Source: Podarcis pityusensis (taxonomy: Eukaryota). From it: DNA of 64,000 nt. Position 1 is the first letter of the stretch, and every line of letters starts with the position of its first letter. Both the position numbers and the translations under genes were made by a program. Below, one piece after another: positions 63,213 through 64,000 of this stretch. A model generated the notes under the pieces. That model had not been told where the DNA came from. It was given only the letters and a program-made list of their open reading frames with translations, and did not search any database. The stretch lies in the NCBI GenBank assembly GCA_964106645.2, contig OZ067040.1. One strand, given 5' to 3'.

Positions 63213-63861
63213 CAGTGGTACCTTGGTTCTCAAACACCTTGGTTCTCAAACGCTGAAAACCTGGAAGTAAGTGTTTCTGTTTTCGAATGTTTTTCAGAAG
63301 CTGAACGTCTGATGCGGCTGTCAGCTATTGTTTCCAGGGCACCTGCACCAATCAGAAGCTGTGTCTTGGTTTTCGAACATTTCGGAAGTCAAATGGACTT
63401 CCGGAATGGATTAAATTTGGTGCTTTTGTTTTTGCTATTTATTTTGCGTTTTTGTTTCTGAGGCTTTTTCGGTTAACTTGTTTTTGTGACTGTGTGGAAC
63501 CCAGTTCAGCTACTGATTGATTGTGTGACTGCGGAAATGGATAAAAGCCCCCCATCCAACAATGACTATCATCAGTGCAGGTAAGAAAAAAACTTAATTT
63601 TAATTTTTATCATCTACAATACTGTCTTATTTATTTTATAGTACAGTACATTGATTATTGCTTTCATTTTACAGATCAATGGTCTCGTTAGATAGTAAAA
63701 TTCATGTTAAATTGCTGTTTTAGGGGTTGTTTTTAAAAGTCTGGAACAGATTAATCCGTTTTGCATTACTTTCTATGGGAAAACGCACCTTGGTTTTGTA
63801 ACGCTTTGGTTTTGTAACAGACTGCCGGAACAGATTAAGTTTGAGAACCAAGGTACCACTG
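63213..63861. mobile_element. Longer non-autonomous Tigger/pogo-like element (649 bp)
   Basis: Perfect 23-bp TIR CAGTGGTACCTTGGTTCTCAAAC / GTTTGAGAACCAAGGTACCACTG and TA TSD. No transposase ORF. Confidence 0.88.
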
Positions 63862-64000
63862 TATTTGGCATCCAGCAAACCTTGTGGCCACAGCCTACTG
63901 AATGCAATATTATCATAATTTATCAGCAAACACAGGAGAATGAGAAATGACATGATTGAGCACTGAGTCTAATTTTTTTTAATTACTTTTTTTGAAAAGC

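Overview
Eukaryotic vertebrate DNA, almost certainly a squamate and probably a lacertid lizard, judging from the Sauria SINE and Bov-B repeats. Two host genes lie on the minus strand in the conserved MAN1A1 -> FAM184A order. The last five coding exons of MAN1A1 (Golgi alpha-1,2-mannosidase, GH47) span 60452-51536, with an inferred ~4.8 kb 3' UTR. The first coding exon of FAM184A (3881-3708) sits in a CpG island. The ~42 kb intergenic interval is rich in transposable elements. Its standout feature is a full-length, apparently intact and very young Ty1/Copia LTR retrotransposon (23354-28408). It has two 330-bp LTRs that read as identical and one uninterrupted 1344-aa Gag-PR-IN-RT-RH ORF with catalytic motifs intact. 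It also has a polypurine tract, a half-tRNA-iMet (hemivirus-type) primer binding site, and an asymmetric target-site duplication. Also present: three solo LTRs with perfect 5-bp TSDs, eight TA-flanked Tigger/pogo-like MITEs, four hAT MITEs with 8-bp TSDs, two Sauria SINEs, a Bov-B fragment, and CR1, L2 and Penelope relics. No prokaryotic-type systems, tRNA/rRNA genes or CRISPR arrays were seen. Gene and repeat family names come from recalled sequence knowledge, not database searches.
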